Notes under the pieces: generated by a model | The model's input: only the letters and a program-made list of their open reading frames with translations | Told to the model about the DNA's origin: nothing | The model's database searches: none | Shown: piece by piece, positions 19,391 through 29,767 of the stretch | How positions within the stretch are numbered: the first letter of the stretch is position 1 | Layout: each line of letters opens with the position of its first letter | From: Patescibacteria group bacterium | Lineage (GTDB): Bacteria > Patescibacteriota > Microgenomatia > UBA8517 | Length of the DNA: 64,000 nucleotides | Reading direction: 5' to 3' | Assembly: GCA_035260845.1 (NCBI GenBank) | Contig: DATFUL010000002.1 | Location: 7,033 to 71,032, forward strand | Program-made: the position numbers and the translations under genes

Positions 19391-19531
19391 ATGTCTACAA
19401 AGAGAACTTATCAACCAAGTAAAACAAAAAGGCGAAATACCCACGGTTTTATGTCTAGAATGAAGACTGTTAGCGGTCGCAATGTTCTAAAAAGAAGGAG
19501 ACTTAAAGGTAGAAAAGTCTTAGCCGTCTGA
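19391..19531 (+). CDS. rpmH: 50S ribosomal protein L34 (missing from ORF track)
   Basis: [46 protein letters not shown]. Confidence 0.98.
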   Translation: MSTKRTYQPSKTKRRNTHGFMSRMKTVSGRNVLKRRRLKGRKVLAV

Positions 19532-19548
19532 TCTTCAATTTTAATTAA

Positions 19549-19893
19549 ATGTTAGCAAAAAAATACAGACTCACAGGTTCGGGGGACTTTGCAAAAGTTC
19601 AGTCATTGGGCACGACCTTCCAATCAACTAATTTTGGTATAGCTGTTTTAGATAGGAAGGATGCAAATCCACCCAGGTTTGCTTTTATTATTTCAACCAA
19701 GATTGCCAAAGACGCGGTTGATAGAAACACAATTAGACGCCATATGAGCGAAACTGTAAGACTTATGACCTCTGAAGTAAAAAATGGCCTTGATGTGGTG
19801 TTTTTAGCTAAAACGAGCATAATGCGCATTCCGGCTGACGCGATTGTCCGTGAAGTAAGAACAGCAGTCCGGACTTGTGGAATAACTAAATAA
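19549..19893 (+). CDS. rnpA: Ribonuclease P protein component
   Basis: 'RFAFIISTKIAKDAVDRN.IRR' (RNR-like motif); synteny. Confidence 0.95.
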   Translation: MLAKKYRLTGSGDFAKVQSLGTTFQSTNFGIAVLDRKDANPPRFAFIISTKIAKDAVDRNTIRRHMSETVRLMTSEVKNGLDVVFLAKTSIMRIPADAIVREVRTAVRTCGITK

Positions 19894-20121
19894 ATGAAGG
19901 CTTTGTTAATTTTTTTAATAAAATCTTATAAGAAAGTTGTTTCACCAGTTTTTGAAGTTTTGTTTGGAAAAGCTTGCAGGTTTACACCAACCTGTTCCGA
20001 GTATACAATTGAGGCTCTTGAAAAATTTGGAGCAAGTAGGGGAGTCGCGCTTGGAGCTAAAAGATTTTTAAGATGCCACCCTTGGGGAGGCTTAGGATTT
20101 GATCCGGTACCAAATAAATGA
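19894..20121 (+). CDS. yidD: Membrane protein insertion efficiency factor
   Basis: '[10 protein letters not shown]...[14 protein letters not shown]'. Confidence 0.95.
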   Translation: MKALLIFLIKSYKKVVSPVFEVLFGKACRFTPTCSEYTIEALEKFGASRGVALGAKRFLRCHPWGGLGFDPVPNK

Positions 20122-20954
20122 ATATTTTTTCAACCATATTAACTCAACCATTAGCCAATGGCTTGATTCTTTTTTACAACTTCTTTGGCCACAACTTGGG
20201 GGTAGCCACAATTTTATTTAGCTCATTCTTGTTTTTGATTACACGTCCTTTGAGTAAACCCCAGATGGACTCAATGAAGAAAATTAAATCAGTCCAACCA
20301 TTGGTCGATAAACTTAAAAAGAAGTATGGGACAGATAAAATGGCATTCCAAAAAGCTCAAGCCGAGCTTTACAAGCAAAAGGGTATTAACCCGGGGGCCG
20401 GATGCTTGTTTCAGATTTTACAACTGGTTATATTAATTACTTTTTACCAAGTTTTTGCCACCTCTTTATCGAATAATGCCCAATCAATTGCCAAATTGAA
20501 TGCGCTTTTATATACACCTCTTAAAATTGCTTCTGAATCTACTCTTAATACAAGTTTTCTTTATTTAAACATTAGTAAGCCCGACCTCTTTAATATTCCA
20601 AGCCTTCCATTTGGTATTCCTGGAGTTTTCTTGATTTTGGCTACAATCTCACAATTTTTGTCAATTAAAATCACAGCTCCTTTTGTTGAAGCAGAAAAGA
20701 AAGTTGTCAAGTCAACAAAGAGTGAAACTGACGACATGCAGCTTGCCATGAGTTCATCTATGATGTACACAGTTCCTTTAATGACTTTGTATTTTGGTTA
20801 TAAATTTCCATCGGGCCTGGCCCTTTATTGGTTAGTTTTTTCGATTGGAACAGTTTGGCAACAGGTTGCCAATAATGGTTGGGGCAGTCTGACCCCTTTT
20901 ATTCGCCGCATTGGTCTGCTACAATCAAGCCTCAAGAATGGAAAAAAGAGTTAA
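20118..20954 (+). CDS. yidC: Membrane protein insertase YidC/Oxa1
   Basis: '[16 protein letters not shown]', 'FPSGLALYW'. Confidence 0.95.
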   Translation: MNIFSTILTQPLANGLILFYNFFGHNLGVATILFSSFLFLITRPLSKPQMDSMKKIKSVQPLVDKLKKKYGTDKMAFQKAQAELYKQKGINPGAGCLFQILQLVILITFYQVFATSLSNNAQSIAKLNALLYTPLKIASESTLNTSFLYLNISKPDLFNIPSLPFGIPGVFLILATISQFLSIKITAPFVEAEKKVVKSTKSETDDMQLAMSSSMMYTVPLMTLYFGYKFPSGLALYWLVFSIGTVWQQVANNGWGSLTPFIRRIGLLQSSLKNGKKS

Positions 20955-21399
20955 AGACCTCAAAGGTATTACAGACGAGCTATTAACCTTAATGGGGACA
21001 AAAGCTACCGCTAACGTGTCATATGATGAAACGAATAAATCATACTTAGTTAATATTGATGGGGGAGACGAAACAGGACTTTTGATTGGTAAAAAAGGGG
21101 AGACACTTTTGAGTTTACAAACAATATTAGGCATTCTTCTTAAAAATGGATCTGATGAGTGGGAGAGAGTTACAGTCAACGTTGGTGACTATTTGGAAAA
21201 AGAGGAAGATTATCTTAAAAACCTTGCCGACAGTGCCGCCTCCCGTGCAAAAGAAACTGGAGAACCACAAAGTTTATATAACTTAAAACCAAACCAAAGA
21301 AGAATAATCCATATGATTCTCTCAGAAGACAAAGAAATTGTTACCGAATCAGTAGGGGAGGGAGAAGAGAGATATTTAGTTGTAAGAATTAAAAAGTAA
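20938..21399 (+). CDS. jag: Jag/EloR (KhpB) KH-R3H RNA-binding protein, short form
   Basis: 'GLLIGKKGETLLSLQ', 'RRIIH', 'TESVGEGEERY'. Confidence 0.9.
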   Translation: MEKRVKDLKGITDELLTLMGTKATANVSYDETNKSYLVNIDGGDETGLLIGKKGETLLSLQTILGILLKNGSDEWERVTVNVGDYLEKEEDYLKNLADSAASRAKETGEPQSLYNLKPNQRRIIHMILSEDKEIVTESVGEGEERYLVVRIKK

Positions 21400-21468
21400 C
21401 TTTAATTCTTGGCACTAGATTCTAGAAATTCTATTGTGAAAGCCTCCAAATAGAGTAAAATCCAATAA

Positions 21469-22719
21469 GTGATCAAGTATGTTAAATCCCTTGAAAAATA
21501 TTTAGTATTCTTTCTCATCTTTTTACTTCCAACCCAGCTTGCTTACCATTTTTGGCCCCAATCGGCTTTTGTTTTTGGAATAAGGGTGGACTTACTTTCT
21601 CCAAGTATTTATTTAACAGACATTTTAATAGTTGGCCTCTTTTTAACTAAAGTTGTTGGGGATGTTGGTTTTTTGAGGCCACTTAAAAAGTACAAAAATC
21701 TATTACTCTTCATACTACTTTTTGTGATTATAAATAGTCTTTTTTCAATCACCCCTGCTGTCAGTGTCTACAAATGGTTTAAGGTTGTTGAGATGTCGTT
21801 TGTAACTTTATATTTTTCTAAACAAAATTTAGTTGAGTTTTCATCCATAACTAAAAGTTTATTTTATTCATCAATATTCTTCTCCCTGATTGGAATTATC
21901 CAATTCTTTAAAGGTGGCACAATTGGTGGACTCTTTTACTATTTAGGTGAGCGGAGTTTTAATTTGGGTTCCCCTGGAATTGCTCTTGTTAGTTTGGGAG
22001 GAGCCCTATACCTTAGAGCATACTCAACATTTTCTCATCCAAACTCTTTGGCGGGTTTTTTGGGAGTAATAACTCTTTTAATACTTTTAAGTGGAAAATT
22101 AAGAAAGACGCCAAGCAATATTTTAGGACTATTAATAATTCTTAGTTGTTTTATTTTATCTTTTTCCATCTCTGCTTATTTAGGTGTATTTTTATCGTTC
22201 GCTCTTTATCTGTTTTCTAAGAATAAAAAGGTTTTTAAATTTATAGTTCTGACGTTTCTTTTTTTATCAATCATTGGTAGCCTTTTATTACCAATAATGT
22301 CTCCGTGGATTTTGAAGACATTTGCTTTGAATGCTCAAAACATAACCGAGAGACTTAATCTTTCGTATATTGCAGGTAAAGTAATAAGCCACCATTTCTT
22401 GCTTGGGGCAGGCCTTGGAACTTTTATTATAAACATACCCATGTTTAGAGGAATTTTTTCTTACTCATGGATTCTTCAGCCGGTTCATAATATTTATCTT
22501 TTGGTCTTTTCGGAGGCGGGAATAATTGCCTTTTTAACTTTTTGTTATTTAATATATAAAGTATTAATGAATGGTTTAAAAAAGAATAAACTATATTTGC
22601 TACTGCCACTTATATTTATTTTATTTACAGGTCTTTTTGACCATTATTGGTTAACGCTTCAACAAAACCTGATCTTAGTATCGCTTCTTCTTGGTTTATC
22701 GTTTAGAATAACGACATAA
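21469..22719 (+). CDS. O-antigen ligase (Wzy_C)-family membrane protein
   Basis: Multi-TM; 'RAYSTFSHPNSLAG', 'GAGLGTF', 'PVHNIYL'. Confidence 0.85.
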   Translation: MIKYVKSLEKYLVFFLIFLLPTQLAYHFWPQSAFVFGIRVDLLSPSIYLTDILIVGLFLTKVVGDVGFLRPLKKYKNLLLFILLFVIINSLFSITPAVSVYKWFKVVEMSFVTLYFSKQNLVEFSSITKSLFYSSIFFSLIGIIQFFKGGTIGGLFYYLGERSFNLGSPGIALVSLGGALYLRAYSTFSHPNSLAGFLGVITLLILLSGKLRKTPSNILGLLIILSCFILSFSISAYLGVFLSFALYLFSKNKKVFKFIVLTFLFLSIIGSLLLPIMSPWILKTFALNAQNITERLNLSYIAGKVISHHFLLGAGLGTFIINIPMFRGIFSYSWILQPVHNIYLLVFSEAGIIAFLTFCYLIYKVLMNGLKKNKLYLLLPLIFILFTGLFDHYWLTLQQNLILVSLLLGLSFRITT

Positions 22720-22725
22720 CAAAAC

Positions 22726-23139
22726 ATGGAAAAGCAGCTAGTAATTCATACAGATGGTGGGTCTCGCGGTAATCCCGGCCCTGCTGCTTGCGCTTTTGTT
22801 GCTGAAGAAAATGGTGTCGAAATATTTAAAGCCTCAAAATATTTAGCAGCTAAAACAAATAATTTTGCAGAATACAGTGGAGTGATATTGGCGCTTAAAT
22901 GGTTAGAAGAGAAAGCCATACAAACTTCACAAGTAACATTTTATCTTGACTCGGAATTAGTAGTTAAACAGATAAATGGAATTTATAAGGTGAAGGATGA
23001 AAATCTTAGAAATCTATTTTTTGAAATTTTAACGCTAATAAAAAAATTAGGAAATAGTTTTGTCTTCAAAAATGTTCCACGCGAAAAAAACAAGGAGGCA
23101 GACCTTTTAGTTAATTTAGAACTGGACAAGTCCCACTGA
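22726..23139 (+). CDS. rnhA: Ribonuclease HI family protein
   Basis: 'TDGGSRGNPGPA', 'TNNFAEY', 'DSELVVKQ', 'VPREKNKEAD'. Confidence 0.92.
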   Translation: MEKQLVIHTDGGSRGNPGPAACAFVAEENGVEIFKASKYLAAKTNNFAEYSGVILALKWLEEKAIQTSQVTFYLDSELVVKQINGIYKVKDENLRNLFFEILTLIKKLGNSFVFKNVPREKNKEADLLVNLELDKSH

Positions 23140-23256
23140 TTTTTTTCGGTACAATTTTCGGTGTGAAAGTTTCACGTCCTGAATTATATTCAGAAGTTTA
23201 CTCAAATCCGTTTGTTAATTTAAATACCATGCAGTTGCGGTAAAATAATACAAGAC

Positions 23257-25857
23257 ATGAACACGGATTCAAAACTGCGGGTCATACTCTTTTCTGATCC
23301 AAACTTTTTGGCTATTAATATTTTAGAGACTCTCCTTTCTAAAAATTGTTTAGTTAGTGTTGTTTCCGATGATCTTAATAAATGGCAAGAAAGAACCAAA
23401 CAAATCGCAACCAACTCCAGATTCTCGTTTGTAAAAATTTCAGAATATAAAAACCTTGATAATTTTTCCTACGCAATTTTTTGTGGAGGATTTTTAAATA
23501 AAGAAAGTATTACTGAGGACTTTAAGAAGTTCATTACAAATAAAAACTTTGGTACCGCAAAAACTCTGGCAATATTTCCATTTGAAACATTCTCCTTAAA
23601 AATCAGTAGCAAAATTGCTATCAGCGATAACGCCGGGATTATCTATTTGGGCGACCTTATGGGTCCAAGAATTGACCTTAATAGTAACCTTTTACTGCCA
23701 ACTCTTATAAGTGAAATGCTAACTAAAAGAACTGTGACTCTCCCTGTGGGGGAAATATTTTATCCAGTATTTATAACTGATGCAGCAAAAACAATTGTTA
23801 AGTGGTTATTATCATTTGGGCCCTACGGCCGTGACACTTTCCTTTTGGGGAGACAGTTTTCTAGCAGTGATTTTTGGAAACAAAACCTTAAATCATTCCC
23901 CGACCTGAAAGTTCTTTACGACACAAAACTCGAAACAAGATTTATTCCAAAAGGGTACGATATCCATTTTATTAACTCCAACCTTAATATTTGCTTGAAC
24001 GAGACTTACAGATGGTTAATTGGAACAAAAACCGTTCAGCAAAAAGAAAAAGTTAAAAAACCAAGAAAGTATAAATTTTTGCGCCCAGTAATTACCTCAA
24101 TACTTTTTATTCTTTTCTTGCCATTTATAACATCACTTATATCTGGAACTTTTCTATATTTTTCATACAAGCAATTTTTGCTTGAAAAAATTAGTAATGC
24201 ACAAAATTTAGTTTTATCTGCGAAAACAAGTTTTGTTGTTGGAAAAGCCGTGAGTGGGGTTTTGGGCAACATCCCATTATTGGGTAGAGTATATAAAGAA
24301 ACCTCCTATGTTTCAGAAGCAGGTGAAATCTTAACAGATATGTCACTGGCCATTATTCCAACAGCTGAGGATAGTCGCCAAATTTTAGGTAATGTACTGG
24401 GTGGGGGAATATTTGACCTAAAGGAGCCAGTATCACGTATAAAATTAAATTTGGATTATATTTACCAAGAACTTTCCTTTTTTGAGATCTTGACCAAAAA
24501 TTCTGTTGAGTCTGGTATTTTATCTGCAAAACAAGTTCAAGAACTTGTTGATTTTGATAAATTCAAAGATCTTTCACATGAAGGTGGCGTAATAGCCAAC
24601 AATCTGCCTTCAATTCTTGGAACTGAGGAGAACAAAAACTATTTAATACTTTTTGAGAATAATATGGAGCTAAGGCCCACTGGTGGGTTTATAGGTTCTT
24701 ATGGAGTTATTAACTTTGGAGGCGGAAAGATGAACGGTCTGACTGTTAATGATATTTATTCAGCAGACGGACAACTTAAAGGGCATATAGAACCCCCCGC
24801 TCCAATTAAAAACTATCTAAATGAAGCAAATTGGTGGTTTAGAGATAGTAATTGGGATCCTGATTTTCCCACATCATCCGAAAGAGCAGAGTGGTTTTTA
24901 AACAAAGAAATGGACCAAAAAGTGGATGGTGTTATTGCAATCGATTTGTCACCAATCAAAACAATCTTAAACTACACAGGTCCAATATTTTTACCGGATT
25001 ACAATTTAACAATTACTCCAGATAATTTATATGAAAAAACACAAGAAGAAGCCCAGGCGAACTCTTTCCCGGGATCTAGGCAAAAAGCTAGTTTTTTGAC
25101 AGCTTTATCAAGAACACTTATAGATCAAATAGTGAAAATGAATCCAAAAGACAGAGTCTTGGTACTAAAGGCTTTTTACGAAAGTTTGGAAGGGCGTCAC
25201 ATGCAAGTTTATTTACATGACAATAATGTTAGTAGTGCTCTAAATAAACTGGGTTGGGATGGCAAGATTCAATCTTATTCGTGCGGAGACGAGTGCTACT
25301 CGGATTTTGTTGGGGACGTTGAGGCAAACGTTGGGGTTAATAAATCCAATTATTTTGTAAAAAGACATCTTAATTTTAATGTTTCCTTTGATCCGCAAAA
25401 AATTACAAGGCAGATGACAATAGCTTTATCTAATTCTGCAAATTCGGCTCTCGGAGTATCTGGAATATACAAAAGCTATATTAGAATTATGATTCCGACA
25501 GACTCAAAATTGATTAGTGTAAATAGCCAGGCTGGGACAACTCAGATAAGCCTTAAACCAGAAATAACTCAAGAAAAGGGCCGCCAAGAAGTTGGAGTCT
25601 TGGTTGAAACAACCCCTGGGCAAAGTAAAAATATTGAGTTTGTTTGGCAAAACGATTTGCCTCAAAATCAAGTTAACAGTTATGGTCTTTTTGTCAGGAA
25701 ACAGGCAGGAGTTGAGGCAGATCCATTGTCCATTCAAGTTACAGGTATTGGTCAGATCGAAAGCCGTCCTGTTTTTTCCTTGACCGGGAACAGTGTTTAC
25801 ACGTATAATACGCTACTTAGCCAAGACTTCTTTGCCAGACTATCTTGGAATCATTAA
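23257..25857 (+). CDS. DUF4012-domain membrane protein with degenerate N-terminal SDR/epimerase-like domain
   Basis: 'YLILFENNMELRPTGGFIGSYG', 'RDSNWDPDFP', 'NVGVNKSNYFV'; N-terminal 'YLGDLMGPR...YPVFITDAA' resembles the extended-SDR tail. Confidence 0.8.
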   Translation: MNTDSKLRVILFSDPNFLAINILETLLSKNCLVSVVSDDLNKWQERTKQIATNSRFSFVKISEYKNLDNFSYAIFCGGFLNKESITEDFKKFITNKNFGTAKTLAIFPFETFSLKISSKIAISDNAGIIYLGDLMGPRIDLNSNLLLPTLISEMLTKRTVTLPVGEIFYPVFITDAAKTIVKWLLSFGPYGRDTFLLGRQFSSSDFWKQNLKSFPDLKVLYDTKLETRFIPKGYDIHFINSNLNICLNETYRWLIGTKTVQQKEKVKKPRKYKFLRPVITSILFILFLPFITSLISGTFLYFSYKQFLLEKISNAQNLVLSAKTSFVVGKAVSGVLGNIPLLGRVYKETSYVSEAGEILTDMSLAIIPTAEDSRQILGNVLGGGIFDLKEPVSRIKLNLDYIYQELSFFEILTKNSVESGILSAKQVQELVDFDKFKDLSHEGGVIANNLPSILGTEENKNYLILFENNMELRPTGGFIGSYGVINFGGGKMNGLTVNDIYSADGQLKGHIEPPAPIKNYLNEANWWFRDSNWDPDFPTSSERAEWFLNKEMDQKVDGVIAIDLSPIKTILNYTGPIFLPDYNLTITPDNLYEKTQEEAQANSFPGSRQKASFLTALSRTLIDQIVKMNPKDRVLVLKAFYESLEGRHMQVYLHDNNVSSALNKLGWDGKIQSYSCGDECYSDFVGDVEANVGVNKSNYFVKRHLNFNVSFDPQKITRQMTIALSNSANSALGVSGIYKSYIRIMIPTDSKLISVNSQAGTTQISLKPEITQEKGRQEVGVLVETTPGQSKNIEFVWQNDLPQNQVNSYGLFVRKQAGVEADPLSIQVTGIGQIESRPVFSLTGNSVYTYNTLLSQDFFARLSWNH

Positions 25858-25859
25858 AA

Positions 25860-26534
25860 ATGGATAAGAAAATACTCAAAGCAGAAGAGAGAAAAATTAG
25901 CGGTAGAAAAGTAAAAACTATCAGAGTTGGTGGTTTTTTACCTGGGAATGTTTATGGTAAAAACATTAAATCGCTTTCAGTTCAAGTTGATAAAAAAGAA
26001 TTTGCTAGTGTTTATAAAGAAGTAGGGGAGACAGGACTTATTATGCTTCAGGTAGGTAAAGATGAACTTCCAGTTTTGGTCAATAATGTGCAAAAACACC
26101 CAATAACAGATGAATCTATTCATGTTGACTTTAGGCAGGTAGACCTTAAAGTTAAGGTTTCTGCAAAGGTTCCAGTTGAGGTTGTGGGTGAGTCTCCTGC
26201 AGAAAAACAGAGCATTGGTACTGTTGTTCAGTACTTAAACGAGGTTGAGGTTGAAGCCCTTCCAGCTGACCTTCCTGAGAAATTTGAAGTTGATACATCG
26301 AATCTTTCTGAAGTTGACCAAGCAATTCATGTAAAGGATTTGAAAGTTGATTCTTCAAAGATCGAAATTAAAACTAATCTAGAAGAGATTGTGGTTAAAG
26401 TCGATCCGCCTCAAAAAGAAGAAGAGGTTGTTGCTCCAATCGTTGCAGTTGGCGCGGAAGGTGAAGTTCCTGCCGAAGGCGCTATCCCAGCAGAAGGTGA
26501 AGCCACAGAAGCTCCAAAAGAAGAAGCAAAGTAA
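25860..26534 (+). CDS. rplY: 50S ribosomal protein L25 (CTC-type)
   Basis: 'PGNVYG', 'VQKHPITDESIHVDF', acidic tail; TTGACC-N18-TATAAT at 25780-25809. Confidence 0.95.
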   Translation: MDKKILKAEERKISGRKVKTIRVGGFLPGNVYGKNIKSLSVQVDKKEFASVYKEVGETGLIMLQVGKDELPVLVNNVQKHPITDESIHVDFRQVDLKVKVSAKVPVEVVGESPAEKQSIGTVVQYLNEVEVEALPADLPEKFEVDTSNLSEVDQAIHVKDLKVDSSKIEIKTNLEEIVVKVDPPQKEEEVVAPIVAVGAEGEVPAEGAIPAEGEATEAPKEEAK

Positions 26535-26538
26535 TCCA

Positions 26539-26802
26539 CTATTTTATTTCGTAGTTAGGATCAATTAATTTGGCTTTATCAACACTACCAGTTTCAATCC
26601 AACCCGGAATATAACTAGGATTTTTGTTTAGAAAATCGTTCCAAAAAACCTCTTCACTATTGTCGGTTTCTGTTCCCAGCACTCGGATTTGTTTAGGCTT
26701 TAAATAATTATCAAAATTGATTGATATTAGAAGAAGAATAACGAGGAAAGAAATGTAAATAAAAAGCTCTTTAGCATTTTTGTTGACCAATTTACTTAAC
26801 AT
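26539..26802 (-). CDS. Small membrane-anchored hypothetical protein
   Basis: N-terminal TM; 'RVLG' and 'NPSYIPGWIE'. Confidence 0.65.
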   Translation of the reverse strand: MLSKLVNKNAKELFIYISFLVILLLISINFDNYLKPKQIRVLGTETDNSEEVFWNDFLNKNPSYIPGWIETGSVDKAKLIDPNYEIK

Positions 26803-26823
26803 GTGATAATGTTAATATTAGAC

Positions 26824-27294
26824 ATGAATCCAACTGATAACAATCCACAAACAGAGAACGCTAACTTAGGTAAACTTGAAGAAGATTTAAACAAATTGAC
26901 TCAAGAAGCTGTGGTAACACCTTCTCCGACTCCCACTGAACCTACTAGCCCGCCACAAATAACTACTCCTTCTGTTGAACCAATGGATACTCCTCCTGCG
27001 CCACCCAATATTCCAGTCGAAACTCCAAAGAAAGGAAGCTCTGTTATGACAATCGCAATGATTCTATTAGTTGTCGCTTTAGTTGTCGCAATTGGCTACA
27101 TGGTCTATACAAAATTCTTTGTTCAAACCCCAACAACTCAAACAGTTATTCCAACTTATTTACCGACAAATACACCTATTCCAGTAGTCTCACCTCAAGC
27201 ATCGGATTCAGCAATTCCTTTGGTGACTCCGGCGGTCTCGCCAAGTGCTAGCGCCTCCCCCTCTGCAAGTGCTACACCTTTGGCCACGCCGTAA
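26824..27294 (+). CDS. Pro/Thr/Ser-rich single-pass membrane protein
   Basis: Central TM with low-complexity flanks. Confidence 0.7.
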   Translation: MNPTDNNPQTENANLGKLEEDLNKLTQEAVVTPSPTPTEPTSPPQITTPSVEPMDTPPAPPNIPVETPKKGSSVMTIAMILLVVALVVAIGYMVYTKFFVQTPTTQTVIPTYLPTNTPIPVVSPQASDSAIPLVTPAVSPSASASPSASATPLATP

Positions 27295-29392
27295 TTAATA
27301 GAAGATCATCATTTTCCATTTCATGCCAGATTTGTTCTGTGACGAATGGCATAAAAGGATGAAGAATTTTAAGAGACTGCTCAAGGACTTGTTGTAAAAT
27401 AGGAACCGCACTTTCACGAACTCCAAAATTGTCACCGTCTTTGGTTTTGGTTTTCTCGATATAAATATCGGCAAACTTATGCCAGACAAAATCATAAATC
27501 TCTTCAGCCGCTTCGTTAAGTTTGAATTTATCTAGATTTTTAGTTACGGATAGAGTTGTCTTTTTAAGTTCTTCTAAAATCCATTCGTCATCTGTTTTTA
27601 CAGATTTATCTGATTTAGTGTTTATAGATTCGCTTTCTGTTACAAAACGGGTTATATTCCAAACTTTATTGGCAAAGTTTCTGTATCCTCTGATCCTATC
27701 TTCCGAAAGTTTAATATCGTTTCCGGGGGCTGCGCCAATGATTAAGGACATACGAACAGCATCGGCTCCATATTTATCAATCATATCCACTGGATTAATA
27801 ATGTTACCCAAAGACTTACTCATTTTTCGTCCCTGGTTATCACGTACCAAGCCATGCAAATAAACTTGCTTAAATGGCACCTCTCCTAAAAGAAACGAAC
27901 TCATAAGTATCATGCGTGCTACCCAGAAGAAAAGAATGTCGTAACCTGTTTCAAGAAGGCTTGTCGGATGGAAGTTTTTAAGATCCTCTGTTTGTTCCGG
28001 CCAACCTAACGTTGAAAAAGTCCAAAGACCTGAGGAGAACCAAGTGTCAAGTGTGTCTGGGTCTTGTTCCCAGCCTTTTTCTTTTGGCGCTTCTGTTCCT
28101 ACAAATATTTCCTCTCCCTTGTACCAAACCGGAATTCTATGACCAAACCAAATTTGACGACTGATGCACCAATCTCTTAAATTATCTATCCAGTGATAAT
28201 ATGTTTTTTCAAATCTAGATGGGGTTATTTTAGTTGCACCACTTTTTATGGCCTCTCGCATTAAATCTTTAAGACTTTTATTGTCTCTCTCCGGAATTTC
28301 TTTGTTTACATCAACCCACCATTGAAGTTTAATTTGGGGCTCAATAGTTCCACCTCCGCGGTAGTTGATAGCAATTTTATGAATATATTTTTCATCAACT
28401 TTTTCGATTAGACCTTTCTGTTTAAGTTTCTCAACAATTAAAGGTCTAGCCTTTTTAATGTGCTGACCTGCAAACTCACCTGCAATGGGAAGTAAGAGTC
28501 CCTTCTCATCGATTACTTGTTCAATGTCTAAGTTGTGACGTTTGGCTATTTCAAAATCTACAAAAGAATGGGATGGGGTAATGGTCATTACACCCGACCC
28601 AACTTCTGGGTCAGCGGCCGTATCTTTAATAATTGTTGCGGTCAGTGGGCCATTTATCCACTCGAGTTTAATTTTGTCACCGTGTTTATATTTTTTATAC
28701 CGTTTGTCATCTGGATGCATAACCACATACTTGTCTCCGAATTTTGTTTCCGGCCGAACTGTACCGATTGTAAAAGGACCATATTTAAAATAATAAAATG
28801 GATCTATTTGCTCTTTGTATTCAATTTCATCATCAGCTACAGTTGTTTGGAACTGTGGATCCCAATTAACAATCCTGTTGCCTCTATAAATTAAACCAGC
28901 TTTATACATCCGTACAAAGGCTTCCATTACAGCTTTATAGCGTGTTCCATCCAAGGTATATGCATAGCGGCTCCAATCAAGTGAACTACCCATCCGTTTA
29001 ACCTGACTAATAATAGTGCTCTCGCTATCCTTGATAAAAGCTTCAATCCGGTTCATTAACTCCGTGCGTCCTATGTCGTGTCGAGTTTTGCCCTCCTCCT
29101 TATATAAAACGCTTTCAACTTTGCTTTGGGTGGCAATGGCGGCTGAGTCCGTTCCCGGAATCCAAACAGTTTTCTTGCCTTGCATTCGGTTGTACCGGAC
29201 TAAAATATCTTCAACCGCAAGCATGGCCGCATGGCCCAAATGTAAGGTTCCTGTCACGTTTGGTGGGGGAAGAACTATAGAAAAAGTTTCCTTTCGCTCT
29301 CCCGGTAAATTATCGGGATTAAAATAACCAGAGGTTTCCCATTTTTTATAAATTTTCTCTTCGTACAGTTTATGATTATAAGTTTTATCCAT
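27272..29392 (-). CDS. valS: Valine--tRNA ligase (short, lacking C-terminal coiled coil)
   Basis: 'PPPNVTGTLHLGH', 'DWCISRQIWFGHRIP', 'KMSKS'. Confidence 0.97.
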   Translation of the reverse strand: MDKTYNHKLYEEKIYKKWETSGYFNPDNLPGERKETFSIVLPPPNVTGTLHLGHAAMLAVEDILVRYNRMQGKKTVWIPGTDSAAIATQSKVESVLYKEEGKTRHDIGRTELMNRIEAFIKDSESTIISQVKRMGSSLDWSRYAYTLDGTRYKAVMEAFVRMYKAGLIYRGNRIVNWDPQFQTTVADDEIEYKEQIDPFYYFKYGPFTIGTVRPETKFGDKYVVMHPDDKRYKKYKHGDKIKLEWINGPLTATIIKDTAADPEVGSGVMTITPSHSFVDFEIAKRHNLDIEQVIDEKGLLLPIAGEFAGQHIKKARPLIVEKLKQKGLIEKVDEKYIHKIAINYRGGGTIEPQIKLQWWVDVNKEIPERDNKSLKDLMREAIKSGATKITPSRFEKTYYHWIDNLRDWCISRQIWFGHRIPVWYKGEEIFVGTEAPKEKGWEQDPDTLDTWFSSGLWTFSTLGWPEQTEDLKNFHPTSLLETGYDILFFWVARMILMSSFLLGEVPFKQVYLHGLVRDNQGRKMSKSLGNIINPVDMIDKYGADAVRMSLIIGAAPGNDIKLSEDRIRGYRNFANKVWNITRFVTESESINTKSDKSVKTDDEWILEELKKTTLSVTKNLDKFKLNEAAEEIYDFVWHKFADIYIEKTKTKDGDNFGVRESAVPILQQVLEQSLKILHPFMPFVTEQIWHEMENDDLLLITAWPKV

Positions 29393-29407
29393 TTAAGTAC
29401 TACCGTG

Positions 29408-29435
29408 CCCTTCCGAAGCTTATAGCGAAGGAGGG
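29408..29435. repeat. Structured ~27-bp interspersed repeat, copy 1 (valS leader)
   Basis: CCCTTCCGAAGCTTATAGCGAAGGAGGG. Confidence 0.75.
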
Positions 29436-29512
29436 TGGATCTGTGTTTGTATTGTAGCATTTAGGTTTGATTTTTGCAGATATTCAAACTATCATGATAA
29501 TATTTTTTTATT

Positions 29513-29767
29513 ATGAACAAAGAACAAAAAGAAAATAGTCAGGTGGAAGCGTCCACTCGGTTGGCATACAAAATTGAAAAGGCTATGATAGTCATAGGTA
29601 TGGCAGGTGGTGCTTCTTTAATGACAGGAGTTATACTACAAACTTTTTTGGAAATCCCAACTACTGAAGTACCTACCTACCTGGTAACAATGATACCAGC
29701 GGCAATTGTTGGTGCCGGAATAGGGGTTTATTTAAACCGTTTCGATAATCAAGATTTAGGAAAGTGA
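29513..29767 (+). CDS. Small 2-TM hypothetical protein
   Basis: 84-aa ORF with two hydrophobic helices. Confidence 0.6.
   Translation: MNKEQKENSQVEASTRLAYKIEKAMIVIGMAGGASLMTGVILQTFLEIPTTEVPTYLVTMIPAAIVGAGIGVYLNRFDNQDLGK

Noticed and set aside
23073-23088. parS-like TGTTCCACGCGAAAAA
   Set aside because: Explained by the conserved RNase HI peptide VPREKN; imperfect palindrome and no parAB in the window
29393-29470. T-box riboswitch upstream of valS
   Set aside because: Leader too short and no T-box/specifier motifs; the hairpin belongs to the dispersed repeat family
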